NCBI GenBank assembly: GCA_003649205.1
Contig: QMRC01000001.1
Coordinates: 192,001 to 256,000 of the forward strand
Length of the DNA: 64,000 nt
From: Thermoprotei archaeon
GTDB lineage: Archaea > Thermoproteota > Thermoprotei > Thermoproteales > B15-G16
Reading direction: 5' to 3'
The notes beneath the pieces are model-generated. The model did not search any database, was not told the origin of the DNA, and saw nothing but the letters and a program-made list of their open reading frames with translations. A program made the translations under genes and the position numbers. Positions within the stretch are counted from its first letter, which is position 1; each line of letters begins with the position of its first letter. Of this stretch, positions 38,053-50,080 are shown in pieces.

Positions 38053-38532
38053 ATGGTTGAGGAGATTAGTGGAGTAGCATTTGGTACGTATGATATAAAT
38101 CACGTGGTTCCCATAGCATTTGCTTTGAGGTCTAAAACTAGAAGAAGTATACTCTCAACACTGTACCTTCGTGGTGAGTTGAGCCCGATTGAGATAGCTA
38201 GGAGTATTGGTGTAGCACCTACATCACTTGTTGAGCATTTGAAGATGTTGAGGGAGCTAGGCCTTGTTGAGGAAGCATCATTGCTTAGAGCACCTTATAG
38301 GAAGGTTATTAGACTGAACATTCCTGTCGTGAAGCTCGATGTGTTGGAGAAGGTCAAGAAGGAGATGAAAGATGTAGTAGCTAGTTTCGTTAGTGCCATA
38401 CTTGAAGAATTGAGGAGTAATATTGCTCTTTCAGGGCTAAGTGAAGTTGAGGTACGAGCACTATGCTTAGCATTAATCTGTAGCGTTGCTGGTGAAGTTC
38501 TTGGCATTGATACAGCCCTCATACACTTCTAG
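38053..38532 (+). CDS. ArsR-family winged-helix regulator
   Basis: ALRSKTRRSIL..L...SPIEIAR...LVEHLKMLRELGLV. Confidence 0.8.
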   Translation: MVEEISGVAFGTYDINHVVPIAFALRSKTRRSILSTLYLRGELSPIEIARSIGVAPTSLVEHLKMLRELGLVEEASLLRAPYRKVIRLNIPVVKLDVLEKVKKEMKDVVASFVSAILEELRSNIALSGLSEVEVRALCLALICSVAGEVLGIDTALIHF

Positions 38533-39049
38533 CTACCTTCTGCTCAGCAACCTTAAGCTTCTCTATAACTGAGTTTATGGCTTTCACAAGGGATTCAGTA
38601 CTTTCCTGAATGAGGTAATCGCCACAGAGAGGGCATCTAAATTCAAACTCCATTGCTTGATCCATTGTGTAGTGTCCACCACATTTCTCACAGGTAAAGT
38701 AGGCACCTAGCTCACTCTCATACCTTAACCTCTCTCTCAACTTCTCAATGACCTCACGAATTCTCCTATGTAGGACATGCCTTAAGGCACTCATGTCTAT
38801 ACTCCACATCTGTTGAGCACCTACCCTACCTGTCTGTGGTACAGTAAAAGTGATGAAACCTTCCTCAGCTAGCTTCTGAAGTATTCTCCTAACCTGGTTT
38901 ATGTGTAGACCTGAAACCTGAGCAATTTCCTCATCCGTCATGGGGCCTCTAGATACCAGTACATCAAGCACCTTCTCAGCTGTGTCATCTCCAATGATCC
39001 TCTTAGATAACATCTTCACTAAAGATATTAACTGTGAATCAGATACCAT
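38519..39049 (-). CDS. tfe: Transcription factor E
   Basis: TDEEIA..VRRILQKL wHTH; CEKC...FRCPLCG Zn ribbon; trm56-hflX-mbf1 context. Confidence 0.9.
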   Translation of the reverse strand: MVSDSQLISLVKMLSKRIIGDDTAEKVLDVLVSRGPMTDEEIAQVSGLHINQVRRILQKLAEEGFITFTVPQTGRVGAQQMWSIDMSALRHVLHRRIREVIEKLRERLRYESELGAYFTCEKCGGHYTMDQAMEFEFRCPLCGDYLIQESTESLVKAINSVIEKLKVAEQKVARSV

Positions 39050-39050
39050 G

Positions 39051-40908
<1,858 letters not shown>

Positions 40909-40913
40909 ATCCT

Positions 40914-41471
40914 CTACTTCTCCCTCTTCTTTTCCCTAATCACAACAACATCACCTAGAGTCAACTCAAATCCTCTACTCTTACTCACGTAGCTCTCCAT
41001 CTCTTCCTCCTCAAGCACTGGTTCAAGGAGCTTTATCTTGAGCACGCGCTCGAGCTTCCTAGCTAACTCGATGGTTGGTTCGAGTGAACCCTCTTCGATT
41101 CTACGTATAACGGACTCCTTCTCATTAACTAACCTAGCTAGTAACTCACGTGTTAAACCAAGTTGTTCTCTAGCCCTCTTAACTCTCTCAGCAAAATCCT
41201 CAACGATCTCATACCTTAACTCACGTGGAGTACCTAATGTACTCACTCTCCTACTAGCTCTAGGTACTGGTCTAGGTGTACTCATCTGGGTTGTTATCTT
41301 AGGGGTGGTTGCCGCTGACATACTTCTAGCTCTACCTGGTGGTATTACCTGAGCTCTTTTTGAGTACTTTTGTGCACACCTCCTACATACTCTCAGTGTT
41401 GCTCTATCGAGGACTATGATAACTGGTTCACCAATTATCTCGGCTCCACAAATATCACAGTAGATCTTCAT
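40914..41471 (-). CDS. mbf1: Multiprotein bridging factor aMBF1
   Basis: CDICG..VCRRC Zn ribbon plus HTH_3, C-terminal TLGD. Confidence 0.92.
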   Translation of the reverse strand: MKIYCDICGAEIIGEPVIIVLDRATLRVCRRCAQKYSKRAQVIPPGRARSMSAATTPKITTQMSTPRPVPRASRRVSTLGTPRELRYEIVEDFAERVKRAREQLGLTRELLARLVNEKESVIRRIEEGSLEPTIELARKLERVLKIKLLEPVLEEEEMESYVSKSRGFELTLGDVVVIREKKREK

Positions 41472-41530
41472 GGAGCTTCACTTCACGAAGCACATACTTT
41501 AGTACTGAGTTATAAGGCTTAGTTATTGGT

Positions 41531-42010
41531 ATGAGGGTTAAGGTAAATGAGTTACTTTTAGAGAAGATCAAGGGTATTGTCTCGTATCTATACGGGATTG
41601 ACTTTGCAGATGCGATACTCGACGGTCATGATATCGAGGTTGAAATATCTCGTAGTACAGGTAGGGTGAGACACGTTTTTGTTGATGGGGTTATGGTTCT
41701 CACTCTAAGAGCCAGTGATGGTTATCTCTTACCGACAATTGATGGTATGAAGAAGGTTCTTGAGAAGCTAGGTCCACAGTACTACGTTAAGGTTAGGAGG
41801 GATGCTGCAGAGTACATCGCGAGAGGTAGAAGTGTTTTCACTAAGCACGTTATTGAAGTTGATCCTAGAATTAGAGCAGGTATGGAGGTTATGGTCGTGG
41901 ACGAGGACTGTAGGTTGATTGCTGTTGGTAGAGCTCTACTGTCAGCTAGGGAGATTAGGGATGGTGTTGCTGGTGTCTGTGTTAAGGTTAGGAGGGGTGC
42001 TTTAGAGTAG
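41531..42010 (+). CDS. PUA-domain RNA-binding protein
   Basis: TGRVR, TLRASDG, GRSVFTKHV, VKVRRG. Confidence 0.85.
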   Translation: MRVKVNELLLEKIKGIVSYLYGIDFADAILDGHDIEVEISRSTGRVRHVFVDGVMVLTLRASDGYLLPTIDGMKKVLEKLGPQYYVKVRRDAAEYIARGRSVFTKHVIEVDPRIRAGMEVMVVDEDCRLIAVGRALLSAREIRDGVAGVCVKVRRGALE

Positions 42011-42097
42011 TTCCTTCATGTAGAGATGTGGTGTCTACTGCTCTTTGGAGTAATGTTCATAAGGGTTAGTTAGATCGTGGGAGTTTGGTGATGAAGT

Positions 42098-43804
42098 TTG
42101 AGTAGATGGGTTATAGGTGCAGCATGGCCTTACACCAATGCTGTACCGCACCTAGGTACGTTAATAGGTTCCGTGTTATCTGCTGATGTAGTAGCTAGAT
42201 TCCTGAGAATGAAGGGTGAAGAAGTTATCTTCGTATCGGGTTCAGATGAGCACGGTACCCCTATTGAGGTTGAAGCTAGGAAGAGAGGTGTTGACCCAAA
42301 GGTTCTCACAGATAAAATGCATGAGCTAGTTGCTGAGTTGTTTAGGAAGTGGAACATATCGTTTGATAACTATACAAGAACTGAGAACCCTCTTCACAAA
42401 GAATTCGTTAGAGAAATATTCACCAAGATCTACAGGAATGGCTACATATTCACGAAGGAGATCGAAGTACTATTCTGCGAGAAGTGTGGAATTTACCTAC
42501 CTGATAGATTTGTTGAGGGTAAATGCCCATTCTGTGGATATGAATTTGCTAAAGGGGATCAGTGCGAAAACTGTGGTAGACTACTTGATCCGGTTCAGCT
42601 AGTTGAACCACACTGCGTCTTCTGTGGCTCAAAACCAGTTGTTAGGAAGGTTAAGCATTGGTTCATTGACCTACCCAAGCTTGAACCGGAGATCAGGAAG
42701 TACATTGAGAGTAATGATAGGCTACCTGAGAATGCAAAGAACATGAGCTTATCAATACTTAGAGAGGGGTTGAGGCCACGATGTGTCACGAGAGATAATA
42801 AGTGGGGTATACCAGCTCCATTTCCTGGTGCTGAAGACAAGACAATCTATGTCTGGTTCGACGCTGTCTTAGGTTACATCAGTGCCACAATCGAGTACTT
42901 CAAGAAGTTAGGTAAAGAGGAGGAGTGGAAGAAGTTCTGGCTCAATCCAGATACCAAGGTAGTATTCTTCATCGGTAAGGACAACATACCATTCCACACA
43001 ATAATTCTACCAGCTCTATTAATAGCTTCAGGTGAGAAATTCGTCTTACCATGGACTGTAGCATCTACTGAGTACCTACTATTTGAAGGTAGGAAGTTCT
43101 CAAAGAGCAAGAGAGTAGGTATTTGGATTGATGAAGCGCTGGAATTACTCCCTGCTGATTACTGGAGATTTGCTCTACTCTACATGAGACCAGAGACTAG
43201 GGACATGTCCTTCTCATGGGAACTCCTACAGGAAATCGTCAATACACAGCTAAATGATGTTATTGGTAACTTCATACACCGCGTACTAACGTTCGTGAAG
43301 AAGAACTTCAATGGAGAAATACCTAGAGTCGAGAAGCTATATCCAGAAGATGTTAGGTTTCAGGAGTTAATAGTGAAGGTAGTTGATGAAGTCGATAACC
43401 TACTCATGAACATGAGGATCAGAGATGCCCTCCTCAAAGTAATAGAGCTTGCAAGAGAAGGTAATAGGTTCCTAAATGAGAGAGCCCCTTGGACTAAGAT
43501 CAAGACCTCTAGAGAAGAGGCTGCATCAATAATGTTCGTTGCCATTCATGCTGTGAAAGCACTGGCCATAATGCTGGCACCATTCATACCGACGTTTGCT
43601 AATGAGATCTGGAGACAACTAGGGTACAGTGATGATGTTACATCGAGGAGATGGGATGAAGCGAAGAAACCAGTTACAGCTGGACAGAAGTTAGGTGAAG
43701 TCAGACCGGTATTCAAGAAGATAAGTAACCACGAACTAGAGGAGTTGAAGAAGAGACTACAGAAGATTAGAGCTGAAGGAAAGGTACCTAGTGCACGTAT
43801 CTAA
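42098..43804 (+). CDS. metG: Methionine--tRNA ligase (short form)
   Basis: WPYTN.PHLG, SGSDEHGTP, Zn knuckle, YVWFDA, KFSKS. Confidence 0.97.
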   Translation: MSRWVIGAAWPYTNAVPHLGTLIGSVLSADVVARFLRMKGEEVIFVSGSDEHGTPIEVEARKRGVDPKVLTDKMHELVAELFRKWNISFDNYTRTENPLHKEFVREIFTKIYRNGYIFTKEIEVLFCEKCGIYLPDRFVEGKCPFCGYEFAKGDQCENCGRLLDPVQLVEPHCVFCGSKPVVRKVKHWFIDLPKLEPEIRKYIESNDRLPENAKNMSLSILREGLRPRCVTRDNKWGIPAPFPGAEDKTIYVWFDAVLGYISATIEYFKKLGKEEEWKKFWLNPDTKVVFFIGKDNIPFHTIILPALLIASGEKFVLPWTVASTEYLLFEGRKFSKSKRVGIWIDEALELLPADYWRFALLYMRPETRDMSFSWELLQEIVNTQLNDVIGNFIHRVLTFVKKNFNGEIPRVEKLYPEDVRFQELIVKVVDEVDNLLMNMRIRDALLKVIELAREGNRFLNERAPWTKIKTSREEAASIMFVAIHAVKALAIMLAPFIPTFANEIWRQLGYSDDVTSRRWDEAKKPVTAGQKLGEVRPVFKKISNHELEELKKRLQKIRAEGKVPSARI

Positions 43805-45128
43805 TAACATTACCGTACAGGTAAATGGGGGTTGCTCTCTCGATATAGACCTCAGCAAATTCACCCACTCTAGCTTCCTTGAGAAAAGTCAGCTTGTAGC
43901 TCCTAGTTCTTGAACCTATGAATCCTCTCTCACTTTGCCCCTCACCGGTCACTAACACCTCAACACGTGAACCTACAAGCCTCATGTTTCTCTTCAGTGC
44001 AACTTCGTTCGCGACGATAGTCAAGACCCTAGACCTACACTTCTTAACAGGTTCAGGAATCTGCTCCATAGTAGAACCAAGGGTAAATGGTCTAGGAGTA
44101 TACCTAGCTACGTGAACCTTATCGAACTCAAGCTCTTTAACTACCTTACACGTATTCTCAAAAGCCTCCTCATCCTCACCAGGAAAACCGACAATTATAT
44201 CTGTCACAATACTAGCATCAGGTAGCTCCCTCCTGATACGCCTAACAAGCTCGATATACTCGGCAACGCTGTACCTCCTATTCATTAACTTCAAAACCCT
44301 ATCATCACCGGACTGAAGAGGGATATGGAAGAACCTATAAAGCTTCTCACTCCTCTTAAACACATCCAGAAGACCATCCAGAATCCTCATGACCTCACTA
44401 GGCTCCATCATACCAACCCTGACGAAGAACTTACCCTCAATCCTGTCAATAGCTTCAAGGAGTTCAACCAACGTGTAACCACGATCAATACCGTACACAG
44501 CAGCATCCTGAGCAGTCAAGAAGATCTCCCTAGCACCTCTCTCAACAGCTCTACGAACTCCCTCAACAATGAGGGACTTATCGTAACTCCTAACAGCTCT
44601 CCTAGCAACCTTATCGATGCAAAAAGTACAGTTACCACGACAACCAGTAGCAATCGGCACAACGTACCTCAAACCACCTCTAAACTCAGGAAGAACATCA
44701 CGAGTAGGGACATCACTAAAAACAAGACTACCCGGCTCAAGATTAAGCACCTCACCAATCCTCTCTATAGAGTTAGGATCGAGAAGTATAGCATCAGGAA
44801 AAACCTCAAGAATAGACGCCGGTCTAACCCTAGCTAAACAACCACAGACAATAACCCTACAACTCCTACCTTCAAGAACTCTCCTTAATTCACTCAACCT
44901 CTTCAAAATCCTGTTCTCAGTCTCAGACCTAACAGCACAAGTATTGACAATTATCAGATCAGCCTCATCCACACTACTACAGACCTCATAACCTAGCCTA
45001 CTCAGGATAGTAATCATAACCTCAGATTCAGCCCTATTCAACCAACAACCATAAGTCTCAACATAGACCTTAGGCATCACCAAGAGTAAGAACTCAAATA
45101 TTTTATACCTTACACCAAACCACTTCAC
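43788..45128 (-). CDS. tRNA t6A37 methylthiotransferase (archaeal MiaB-like/e-MtaB); start probably 45077
   Basis: ETYGCWLN, NTCAVR, CRGNCTFC, DIIVGFPGE, TRAM. Confidence 0.9.
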   Translation of the reverse strand: MKWFGVRYKIFEFLLLVMPKVYVETYGCWLNRAESEVMITILSRLGYEVCSSVDEADLIIVNTCAVRSETENRILKRLSELRRVLEGRSCRVIVCGCLARVRPASILEVFPDAILLDPNSIERIGEVLNLEPGSLVFSDVPTRDVLPEFRGGLRYVVPIATGCRGNCTFCIDKVARRAVRSYDKSLIVEGVRRAVERGAREIFLTAQDAAVYGIDRGYTLVELLEAIDRIEGKFFVRVGMMEPSEVMRILDGLLDVFKRSEKLYRFFHIPLQSGDDRVLKLMNRRYSVAEYIELVRRIRRELPDASIVTDIIVGFPGEDEEAFENTCKVVKELEFDKVHVARYTPRPFTLGSTMEQIPEPVKKCRSRVLTIVANEVALKRNMRLVGSRVEVLVTGEGQSERGFIGSRTRSYKLTFLKEARVGEFAEVYIERATPIYLYGNVIRYVH

Positions 45129-45140
45129 CTAGGTGAGTAC

Positions 45141-46235
45141 ATGAGAAACAGAGCAATCACCGTACTAATAGCACTAACACTAGTAGTAGTACTGCTATTA
45201 CATGTAGTGCAGATCCAAACAGAAGAAGGAGAAAGGAAGGAAGTACGTGTAGTAAGAGAGATTAGGTTAATAGGGTTCATAGTGCAGGTAGTAGATAAAA
45301 GCAACATAACGATTAGCTATAGGGAAGATAGAGACCTACTAATGAGGTACAGCACTACGTACGTACTAACGGATACAGGTCAGGAGAAATTACCATACAA
45401 GAAGGAGTACGTGTGGTATCTCTGGTGTAACATAACTGTTGCTGATAGAGAGATCAACATAACGACCTACATGCCATGGCCAAGCAACGTGAACTACACA
45501 GAGGTGAAACTAGTTAGGTTAGGAGGAATCTACGACGTAGATATCACAATAGGAAACCTAACACTAGACATGGAGTCTGAAGGAAACTACTACGTAGCTA
45601 AGGTCCCGACAAGGAACATAACGACACCCAACACACTAACAACAATAACGCTAAAAGGAACAACAACAATCCTCGCAATAGATAAGCTCGAGAGAGAAGT
45701 ATACAAAATTGACAAGAGTACGTTTTACGTCGTAGACAGGATAGAGGTGGTGAATCTAGGAAACTCATTCTCACCACCAACATACATCACACTCACCCTA
45801 CCAACATACCCAAAGAACGTCAAGGTTCGAGACACAGTAATGGAGTACAGAGCAAACTACACAGTAGCCGGGTACAAGGTGGTAGGTAACGTAATCAGAA
45901 TATACCCCCTAACACCCCCAGTACCAAGATCTAAAGCAATACTAGAAGTAAGGTATGTATTAAGCAACATAACACTACCTAGACTAGTAAACAACACATA
46001 TAGATACCCAGTGAAGACGTATGTACTCAAGATAGGAGGTAAAACGATAACATTTAGTAATGTACTAGATAAAGCAGTAGCAAAGGTGACGATATCAACA
46101 GCTAAAGTACCTGAGATAAAGTTAGTAGAGCAGAGAACACAAAGAGCAATAACACTACTGGTAGCGATAGTACTCGTGATAGCAGTAGTAGCATTCATAC
46201 CACCTCTCTTGAGAAAACTTAAACATAGTGGATAG
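45141..46235 (+). CDS. Type I membrane protein, ribophorin-I-like
   Basis: Signal/TM, many NxT/S sequons, LEREV...DRIEVVNLG...LP...VKVRD...IYPLTP, C-terminal TM. Confidence 0.55.
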   Translation: MRNRAITVLIALTLVVVLLLHVVQIQTEEGERKEVRVVREIRLIGFIVQVVDKSNITISYREDRDLLMRYSTTYVLTDTGQEKLPYKKEYVWYLWCNITVADREINITTYMPWPSNVNYTEVKLVRLGGIYDVDITIGNLTLDMESEGNYYVAKVPTRNITTPNTLTTITLKGTTTILAIDKLEREVYKIDKSTFYVVDRIEVVNLGNSFSPPTYITLTLPTYPKNVKVRDTVMEYRANYTVAGYKVVGNVIRIYPLTPPVPRSKAILEVRYVLSNITLPRLVNNTYRYPVKTYVLKIGGKTITFSNVLDKAVAKVTISTAKVPEIKLVEQRTQRAITLLVAIVLVIAVVAFIPPLLRKLKHSG

Positions 46236-46261
46236 ATACAGCAACATAGCGGGTGAACTCC

Positions 46262-46444
46262 ATGCCAAAACCCGTAGTGGACATGAATAAGTGTACAGGA
46301 TGTGGAACCTGCGCCTCAGTGTGCCCAGTAGGCGTCTTCGAAATAAAGGAAGGAAAGGCACACGTAGTTAAACCAGAGGAGTGTATAGGTTGCAGAGCCT
46401 GTGAAACACAGTGCCCAACAGGAGCTATAAAAGTAGTAGAGTAG
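46262..46444 (+). CDS. 2[4Fe-4S] ferredoxin
   Basis: CTGCGTCASVCP and CIGCRACETQCP. Confidence 0.93.
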   Translation: MPKPVVDMNKCTGCGTCASVCPVGVFEIKEGKAHVVKPEECIGCRACETQCPTGAIKVVE

Positions 46445-46501
46445 AGGAACGAAATGAAGCAAGATTTTTAACATCTACATTTTTTAGATGAAAACCGACT
46501 A

Positions 46502-46577
<76 letters not shown>

Positions 46578-46686
46578 CCACACCTCCTCAATACTACTAC
46601 CCCAAGACAGTACCAGAAGACTTCTGAAGAATTCTCCTCAATATGCCAGCTATACACCATAGTTAGTCCTGGGTCATTGGCTCAAG

Positions 46687-46741
46687 TAATCAGACGGGTT
46701 CATCTTCTTCACCAATCTGCTACGGGCCTTCTTCATCACCG
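46687..46741 (-). ncRNA. C/D box guide sRNA
   Basis: C GTGATGA - 13 nt - D' CAGA - C' GTGAAGA - 12 nt - D CTGA. Confidence 0.78.
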
Positions 46742-46788
46742 AAGGATATACGTTACGAGATGAGATTTAGACTTTCCCATCACAATGT

Positions 46789-46806
46789 TGTTCTAACCCT
46801 AGAACA
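46789..46806. promoter_or_regulatory. Inverted repeat (putative operator) upstream of beta-propeller operon
   Basis: TGTTCTA-accc-TAGAACA. Confidence 0.4.
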
Positions 46807-46865
46807 GTAGTGTTCAAACTTAACACTTATCCAGTAAGTACGAGAGGTTCTTCATGGTGTAGAGT

Positions 46866-49286
46866 ATGTACGGTAAGTGGAGGTATGTTGTCGTTGCTGT
46901 AGTGCTGACGGTAGTTCTACTATTTGCAGTAACTATTGCAGTGTCAAGGTTCCTACATACCCCGGAACAAGTAAGTGAGAGACCATGGTTCAACGTAACA
47001 ATTCCTAGCATCACCACTGGTGAGGAGGTAGTTACTGAGTTCAGTAGTTATGATGAATTGAGGAACTACCTATCTAAGCTAGTGTACGAGTACAGGATCT
47101 ACCCATATAGCTATGTTGTAGAGACTTCTCGAGCACCAGTACCTGTACCACCTATCCCACCACTCCCTACTATGCCAGCTGTAGCGGAGACCGCAAAAGC
47201 TCCAGCAAAGACCTCTGCACCAAGATTTTCTGTTACCAATGTACAGGTTCAAGGTATTGACGAGCTAGACATAGTTAAGACAGATGGTGAGTTCATATAC
47301 ATCTGTGATCGTGGTAGGGGTTTGGTGTTCATAGTTAGAGCATATCCAGTGACTGAGCTGAAGCTAGTGTCTACAATCAATGTATCTAGCTATGTGCACA
47401 CTCTCTACAGCTCAACTACGTACTACACTAGATCAACTGTACGTGGAATATTCATTTCAGGTAATAAGTTAATTATCATAGCGTGTACCCATAGCATTGG
47501 AGTGTTGAGAGAGGAAGGACAGGTAGGTCCAGCTAAAGAGGAGATCTACATTCCATGGAGAGTAAGCAATACTACAGTACTAGTATTTGACGTTAGTGAT
47601 GTCTCGTCACCAAAGCTCATCAAGTACTTTGTAATCAGTGGTGAGTACCTGACATCAAGATTACTTGGTGAATTACTCATTGTCCTCACACAACACCCAG
47701 CACTTGAACGAGATAAACTACTTCTACCTCACGTGTGTGGTGAGGTAGCTAATCCAAAGGATATCCATGTCTTCAAGTTCATAGCTCGCTACCCTGTTGT
47801 ACTCAACGTATTCATGCTAGACCTAAAGGGATTGAAGCATCGTCTCCACTCATACATTGGTGATCCAACGTATAGGATCTACGTATCGAGAGACAGTATG
47901 TACATTCTCTTAACTAAGGAACCAGTAATCGAGATCAGGAAGGTAAAGACCATGATTGACGAGCTACGAGAGAAGTTGAGTAGAGAAGCTAATGTACCGA
48001 TTGAGTACATAGATGAAGCATTTAACAAGGTAGGAATTGATTGGGGGAAAGTGAACGTATCGAGTGTACGAGTAAGGTCAGTAGCTATGTACATTAACGC
48101 ATTCCTATTGACATTGAGTAGGTTAATTGAGGAAAATCCAAGAGGATTGAGGTACGATATAGCGCTGGATAAGCTATGTGATTGCGTTAATGGAGTCTTG
48201 GAGAAGTACCTACCGAAGAGGGTTTCATATAGGACAGGTATTGTAGAGTTTAGGTTCAGGTATCCCGAACTCGAGTTAAGTATTACAGCTATCAGAGAGA
48301 TTGATGGTAAAGTCCTAGATCAGTTCGCTATTGAGGAATACCGTGACTATGTCTTCGTAGCAACAACTTGCTGGAATGTAGAGTACAAAGTACGCGTACT
48401 TAAAGTACATAGACCACCCCCACCACCAGGTACACCTGTTGAAGAGGAGAAGAGAGAATACACGGCCATAGTTTTCGAAGTATCAAGGATAAGCACAGAC
48501 AATAGGTTCTACGTACTTAGGAAGAACGACCTAGGTGTAGTAGCGTGCTTAGAGAACCTAGCTCCAGGTGAAAGAGTTTACGCAGCTAGATTACTGGGTA
48601 AGTACTTCTTCTTAGTGACGTACAGGAGGATAGACCCATTTTACGCTATCGATATATCGAATCCAGAGAAACCTAAGGTAGTTGGTTACCTGAAGATACC
48701 AGGGTACTCAGAGTACCTACATCCACTAAGTGAAGACTGGATCTTAGGTATTGGTGTTGAGGCAGTTGATACTAGACCTGTAGGTCTCAAGATATCACTA
48801 TTCAATGTAAGTGACCCGAAGAACATAGTTGAGACATCAAAGATAGTGTACAAGTACTCGTGGAGTCCAGTACTTCACGATTACCACGCAATACTAGTTG
48901 ACTACGACAATAACTACTTCGTAATTCCAGTAATCCGTAGAGTACCAAGTAAGATCACAGGTACATTAGCTCTAATCACTAGGTACGACCTCAAGAGAGG
49001 AGAATTGAAGGTAGTAAAGGAGGTACCACTTGAACCAAAGAGAGAAGGAAGCTCCAGTAGTAGCAATCACCCAGCAAAAAAGATCTCACTACCTCCACCA
49101 ATACCAATACTAACTCATGATGTAAGGTTCATCTACATAGGTAACTACCTGTACACAATCGCGTGTTATAGGTATGCAGTAGTGATCAAGGCACTAGATA
49201 TAGGTAAGGACTTCAAGTACGTGAGTGAGTTACTACTACCTCTAAGTACCCTCAAGGTAATAGTTAAAAACTCAGTAAGGTGTTGA
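46866..49286 (+). CDS. Membrane-anchored/secreted beta-propeller domain protein (COG4880-like)
   Basis: FSVTNVQVQGIDELDIVKTDG, LAPGERVYAAR, VTYRRIDPF, LKIPGYSEYLHP. Confidence 0.88.
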   Translation: MYGKWRYVVVAVVLTVVLLFAVTIAVSRFLHTPEQVSERPWFNVTIPSITTGEEVVTEFSSYDELRNYLSKLVYEYRIYPYSYVVETSRAPVPVPPIPPLPTMPAVAETAKAPAKTSAPRFSVTNVQVQGIDELDIVKTDGEFIYICDRGRGLVFIVRAYPVTELKLVSTINVSSYVHTLYSSTTYYTRSTVRGIFISGNKLIIIACTHSIGVLREEGQVGPAKEEIYIPWRVSNTTVLVFDVSDVSSPKLIKYFVISGEYLTSRLLGELLIVLTQHPALERDKLLLPHVCGEVANPKDIHVFKFIARYPVVLNVFMLDLKGLKHRLHSYIGDPTYRIYVSRDSMYILLTKEPVIEIRKVKTMIDELREKLSREANVPIEYIDEAFNKVGIDWGKVNVSSVRVRSVAMYINAFLLTLSRLIEENPRGLRYDIALDKLCDCVNGVLEKYLPKRVSYRTGIVEFRFRYPELELSITAIREIDGKVLDQFAIEEYRDYVFVATTCWNVEYKVRVLKVHRPPPPPGTPVEEEKREYTAIVFEVSRISTDNRFYVLRKNDLGVVACLENLAPGERVYAARLLGKYFFLVTYRRIDPFYAIDISNPEKPKVVGYLKIPGYSEYLHPLSEDWILGIGVEAVDTRPVGLKISLFNVSDPKNIVETSKIVYKYSWSPVLHDYHAILVDYDNNYFVIPVIRRVPSKITGTLALITRYDLKRGELKVVKEVPLEPKREGSSSSSNHPAKKISLPPPIPILTHDVRFIYIGNYLYTIACYRYAVVIKALDIGKDFKYVSELLLPLSTLKVIVKNSVRC

Positions 49287-50038
49287 ACATGGGATCACTA
49301 CTTCGTAAATCTCTCCTCTTTCTCTACATACTCGCTTTCCTGGTAGGTATTGTTGTTGGGTACATACTCCTCGTAATCCCCACACTCCATGGAGCTGAAG
49401 TGAGAAAGAGAACATTTACTACTTCACCAACTTGCAAAGCCCCTGCACCACCAACTGAGAAAGCGGTTGTACCAGCAGTGAAGAAGGTTCCACCAGTTCC
49501 TGCACCACCAGCACCCCCCAAACCATTTGTATCGAGGACTAAGATCATTGCTACTGGTGAAGCAATACATAGCTTATCGAATGTCGGTATTCCACTCACT
49601 ATCTTCTTCCATCCATGTAGGGTTATTACGAACTTAACGAGACCAAGTATTAACATTACCATCACTTTTGATCTATCGAAGGAGTACAATGAGACATTAA
49701 TTGTGTACGTTGATAGGGTTGTTCTCGGTGTTAGTACGTATCCTCTGTACTGGAGTGGTAGTGGGTGGGTTAGGGGTTGCGTTCCATATCGTGTTGCTAA
49801 GCCGGTTAGATATGTAGTTAATGTCGATCCACTAGTGATGACTATTGTTCCTGGTTGTAGGAAGTACATGAAGGTTCATGTAGGTTTTCTCGAGGATGGG
49901 TATGGCCCTTACATCGTTTACGTACATGTCGTGATTGCTAGTGAGCAGGTTAGGTACGTTAGGGTGTTCAGTACTTGTCTATGGGTTGGTGGCTATGAGG
50001 AGGTAGGCAGTGTTCCATTAGAGTATTTGAGGTCTTAG
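49280..50038 (+). CDS. Membrane-anchored protein with Pro-rich linker and beta-rich domain
   Basis: N-terminal TM, PPVPAPPAPPKP linker; overlaps upstream gene. Confidence 0.65.
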   Translation: MLNMGSLLRKSLLFLYILAFLVGIVVGYILLVIPTLHGAEVRKRTFTTSPTCKAPAPPTEKAVVPAVKKVPPVPAPPAPPKPFVSRTKIIATGEAIHSLSNVGIPLTIFFHPCRVITNLTRPSINITITFDLSKEYNETLIVYVDRVVLGVSTYPLYWSGSGWVRGCVPYRVAKPVRYVVNVDPLVMTIVPGCRKYMKVHVGFLEDGYGPYIVYVHVVIASEQVRYVRVFSTCLWVGGYEEVGSVPLEYLRS

Positions 50039-50080
50039 GTACTTAACTTAAGCAGTGACTACCCTTCGAGGTCACTGATC

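Noticed and set aside
44325-44991. Long antisense ORFs here, and similar ones inside hyuA, the SSS gene, metG, top6B and 49324..49869
   Set aside because: Fully nested opposite well-supported genes, S/T/L-rich composition, no motifs
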